Shown piece by piece: positions 59,358 through 64,000 of a stretch of DNA of 64,000 bases. How positions within the stretch are numbered: the stretch's first letter is position 1; every line of letters starts with the position of its first letter. This DNA comes from the human T2T-CHM13v2.0 reference genome, Homo sapiens. The notes under the pieces are model-generated. The model saw only the letters and a list, made by a program, of their open reading frames with translations. It was not told where the DNA came from and made no database searches. The DNA is taken from assembly GCF_009914755.1 (NCBI RefSeq), contig NC_060946.1; one strand, 5' to 3'. The position numbers and the translations under genes are program-made.

Positions 59358-61243
59358 ATTCCTAATCTTACTCAGAGAGAAGCTCTTTCTCATTTATCAG
59401 CTGTGTGACTCTGGGGCCAGTTTCTGAACATCTCTGTGCCTCCGTTTCCTCATTCGTAAAATGGGAATAGGGCCTACCACAGAGGGTGTTATGAGAAACA
59501 CGAGTTATACATGGAGAGGGTTTAGGATCGTGCCTGGAATAATAAGCGCTCAACTGTGTTCCCTGTTATTACTTTTATTTGTATTATCCTTGTCGATATT
59601 GTTAACAGTTTTCTCTTACGTGGGGCATGCACTTTCTGGTTTCCCTAAATTCTTAATCCAGCCTTCTGAAATCACTTCTTTACCTGCTTTGCCTCTGAAG
59701 CCACTTGATTTCTCCACCCCTGGTTAAGCCCAACCCTCATACTTTATAGACAGGAAATCTGAGACCCAGATGAGAAAGAGTGACTCGGCTAAACTCCCAT
59801 AGCGAGTCAGGGACAAACCCATTTAGATTCCTGGCATTTACTCTCTAACTGTAGGCACACGCAGCTCCTCACAGCCACGAGCCACACACCTTTCAAGCTG
59901 AAATCTTCCTCCTTAAATATTTCCACCCTTGTTACCAAGGAGTCGGAGACTGCTTCACTTTAAAGTGCTGTATCCCCGTGGTGAAATGCCGCAGATGGGC
60001 CATCAGCCATATTGGCTGGGAGACAATGTATGTGATAGGGATTTCCACCCACATGTATTTAACTGGGCTCATTGAGCTTAATGGCGTATAATTTCAGGGG
60101 TGGGGAGTCAAGCTACAAGGAAAATCTAGGTTGCTCAATGGCATTCCCAGAAAGGGTCCAGAGAGACATTTCCAGGAAGAGCCTGACTTGGGACTGAACC
60201 ATTTCTGCTACAGAGCCATTGAATGTCTGCCGTAGATTAAAAGTCAGTCATGCACGGAGTGAGAAGGTCATCCTTGCGGTCACAGGAAAACCAATAAGCT
60301 CACCTTGATTCAATCTTGAATAAGTGGCAGATGCATGAGCTGCCTTAAAATTACAGGGACCATGAAGGAAAAAAATCACTGTTCTGGGCATTCAATTTAT
60401 CTCAATAAGGGCATGTGGCTTTTGTTCAAAACTTCTTTGATGATGAACCCCATCATTTGTTTCTGCTGGATTGCTATCAAAAATACTCAGTAGAGAGCTA
60501 TTTCTTCTTGGTGAAGAGAAAAAAGGACAGTCTTTGGGGGAGTAAACCATTAATAAACAAAGGTGGTTGTGTGCTTGCATGAAATTGTATATTTCCCCCC
60601 TGAATTAGCTTACATAAAACCTCTCATTGATAGCAGTGTCAGTGATGGGAACTGCAGGCTTTACCTATGACCGAACATGCATGGAAATGCCCTCTGATGG
60701 ACTCAGGCATGATACATACATCAAACAGCCTTGCACGGTGGTAAATTTACAGTTATTGACCTTCAATACCCAAAGTAAGCCCCTTAAATTGACATTTGCC
60801 AAAGGCTCCAAATAATTTGACTCGAATTTCATGTAATACAAAAGCCACTGGGGGAGTGGAATGGAAAAAGTAGATTCTGGGTCAATTCTGCATTGACAGC
60901 ATGAACTGGAAAATCTTAAGGACAATTGAGAATATCAGAGAATTTTCATTCAATAGAGAAACAAGAACTGGCACTTTTATTGCTGATACCCCTCTAGCCT
61001 CAGGGTACCTTTCAAGGGTGTGACCCAGATATATTTGTGGCTTCTTGTCATATTTGCCTTTCCAAATTCAGAGAGGCAAGTATGGAGATGGAAAGATATC
61101 ATGGGTTTTGGGTTAAGTCCTGTGTTTGATATCAGCCTCATCTCCTAGTTGCTGGGCGACAATGGGCACATTAGTGAATCTCTTTGAGCCTCACAGAATT
61201 TGTCATGAGGTTTTGAGGGTTAGAAGAAATGGTGTACATTGCT

Positions 61244-61567
<324 letters not shown>

Positions 61568-61613
61568 TTAGGTACCTGACATTTACTAGGTGTTCAATAA
61601 ATTTTGGCCCCTT

Positions 61614-61740
61614 CCAGTGGTGTGCTAGCAAATGTTGAATAACTGACTCTCAAAAAAAAGGCTCTGATTTAGCATTAGCTAATTTCTGTGGTGTAAATAC
61701 TACCATCATGGCCAATTTCAAGCTATTGACATGATGTCAT
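61614..61740 (-). mobile_element. MER63A-like fragment
   Basis: Reverse-complement similarity to 430-570. Confidence 0.65.
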
Positions 61741-62007
61741 AGCATTTGGAGTTGGGATAATAAGTAGATGGGGGTGAAACTGAGTCCCTGGGTTCAGAGT
61801 CACACAGCCGATTAGTGGCAGAGCTGGGACTATGTTGTGTGCCTCCTCACTCCCAGTCCAGATCACTTTTCACATTTTGGTGCTCTTGGAACTTGCCAGG
61901 GTGCTGTCCTTCCTGGCAAAATGGCCACATAGAGAGAATTTTGGGTGATTGCAGAAGTTAAATCCTTCTAGCCAGGCTCTAATAGGTCAGCCTTGCTTTC
62001 GATTATA

Positions 62008-62776
<769 letters not shown>

Positions 62777-62850
62777 TACATAGAAATGGGTCACATGGAA
62801 GAACTCCTACATGCCTGTGCAATGTTGACAATCAGATTGTCTCATTTTCT

Positions 62851-63173
<323 letters not shown>

Positions 63174-63527
63174 GAGTTTGTCTCATTTTCTAGCCTTGTG
63201 CATACGCCTCCCTACCTGGATTACTTGTCATCATGGAATGAAGCTTCTACATTCTAATGTCCTTCAGGCTCTAGACCCGGAGGTTGGATAAGGTTCCCTT
63301 GTTCTGTAATACAAACTGTCCTGGGAAAGATGGAAAAGCCACATCCGGTGTTGTTGGCAAACAAACCATGGAGACCTCACCTTGATGTTGATCCTACATG
63401 ACCTTTCTGTTCCAGGGGCATTCAGATGATGTTATGGGAGACGCTTTGAAGATCAGATGCTAGGTCTTAGAAGAAAGACCATCTGTAAAGAATCCTTTGC
63501 TTTCTCGCCTAGCATATCAGTAGATCG

Positions 63528-63550
63528 ATCTATTAATCTATCTATCTGTG

Positions 63551-63598
<48 letters not shown>

Positions 63599-63720
63599 AT
63601 CTATTTACCTACCTACCTACCTACATATCCGTCCTGTCTATATCTATCATCTTTCTATCCATCTATCTATCTGTCTCTATGTATCCATCTGTCTCTATCT
63701 TTATCTTGCTAGCTAGCTAT
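63528..63720. repeat. (TCTA)n STR and degenerate extension
   Basis: Pure TCTA run at about 63553-63597, followed by CCTA and degenerate units. Confidence 0.95.
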
Positions 63721-64000
63721 CGTTCTTTTATATTGCTTCATTTAATCAATCAAGCATTCATTTGGCATGTTCTATGTACTGAGAAGAACTGTGTTCACAG
63801 GTTGTGGATTCAATGATAGATGGTCTATTTTTGAATCCACAACCTATGGATTTGAAGAAAGATAGTCTTTAGGAAGCATGTTTACATGGGATATAAATGT
63901 ATGCTTAATACTCAGAGAGACCCAGATTCAAATCCCAGCTCTGCTACCTACTTGCTGAGTGACCTTGGATAAATTGCTGCCCTACACCACCCACCAGGCC

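Overview
Human (or very close great-ape) genomic DNA. The first 5 kb holds the last three exons of the unprocessed beta-B2-crystallin pseudogene CRYBB2P1 (22q11.23), on the + strand with intact splice sites. It is disabled by a frameshift in the exon-4 homologue and by TAG at codon 155. It carries the R145W/Q147R/T150M and Q155X alleles known to enter CRYBB2 by gene conversion in congenital cataract. A hairpin matching the tailed mirtron MIR6817 ends exactly at the exon-4 acceptor. The native poly(A) position reads AATGAA, and repeat-derived AATAAA signals follow 1.5-2 kb downstream, inside what looks like the relic of an ancient local tandem duplication. The remaining ~57 kb has no credible protein-coding gene. 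It is a mosaic of about 39 Alus (strongly biased to the minus strand), MIR/L2/L3/L1 fragments, MaLR and MLT2 LTRs, hAT and Tigger fossils, STRs and two long TGGA/TCCA expansions. A few repeat-free islands contain palindromic transcription-factor-like motifs. I found no convincing new biological system. CRYBB2, MIR6817 and repeat-family comparisons are from memory, and repeat boundaries are approximate unless a target-site duplication (TSD) is given.
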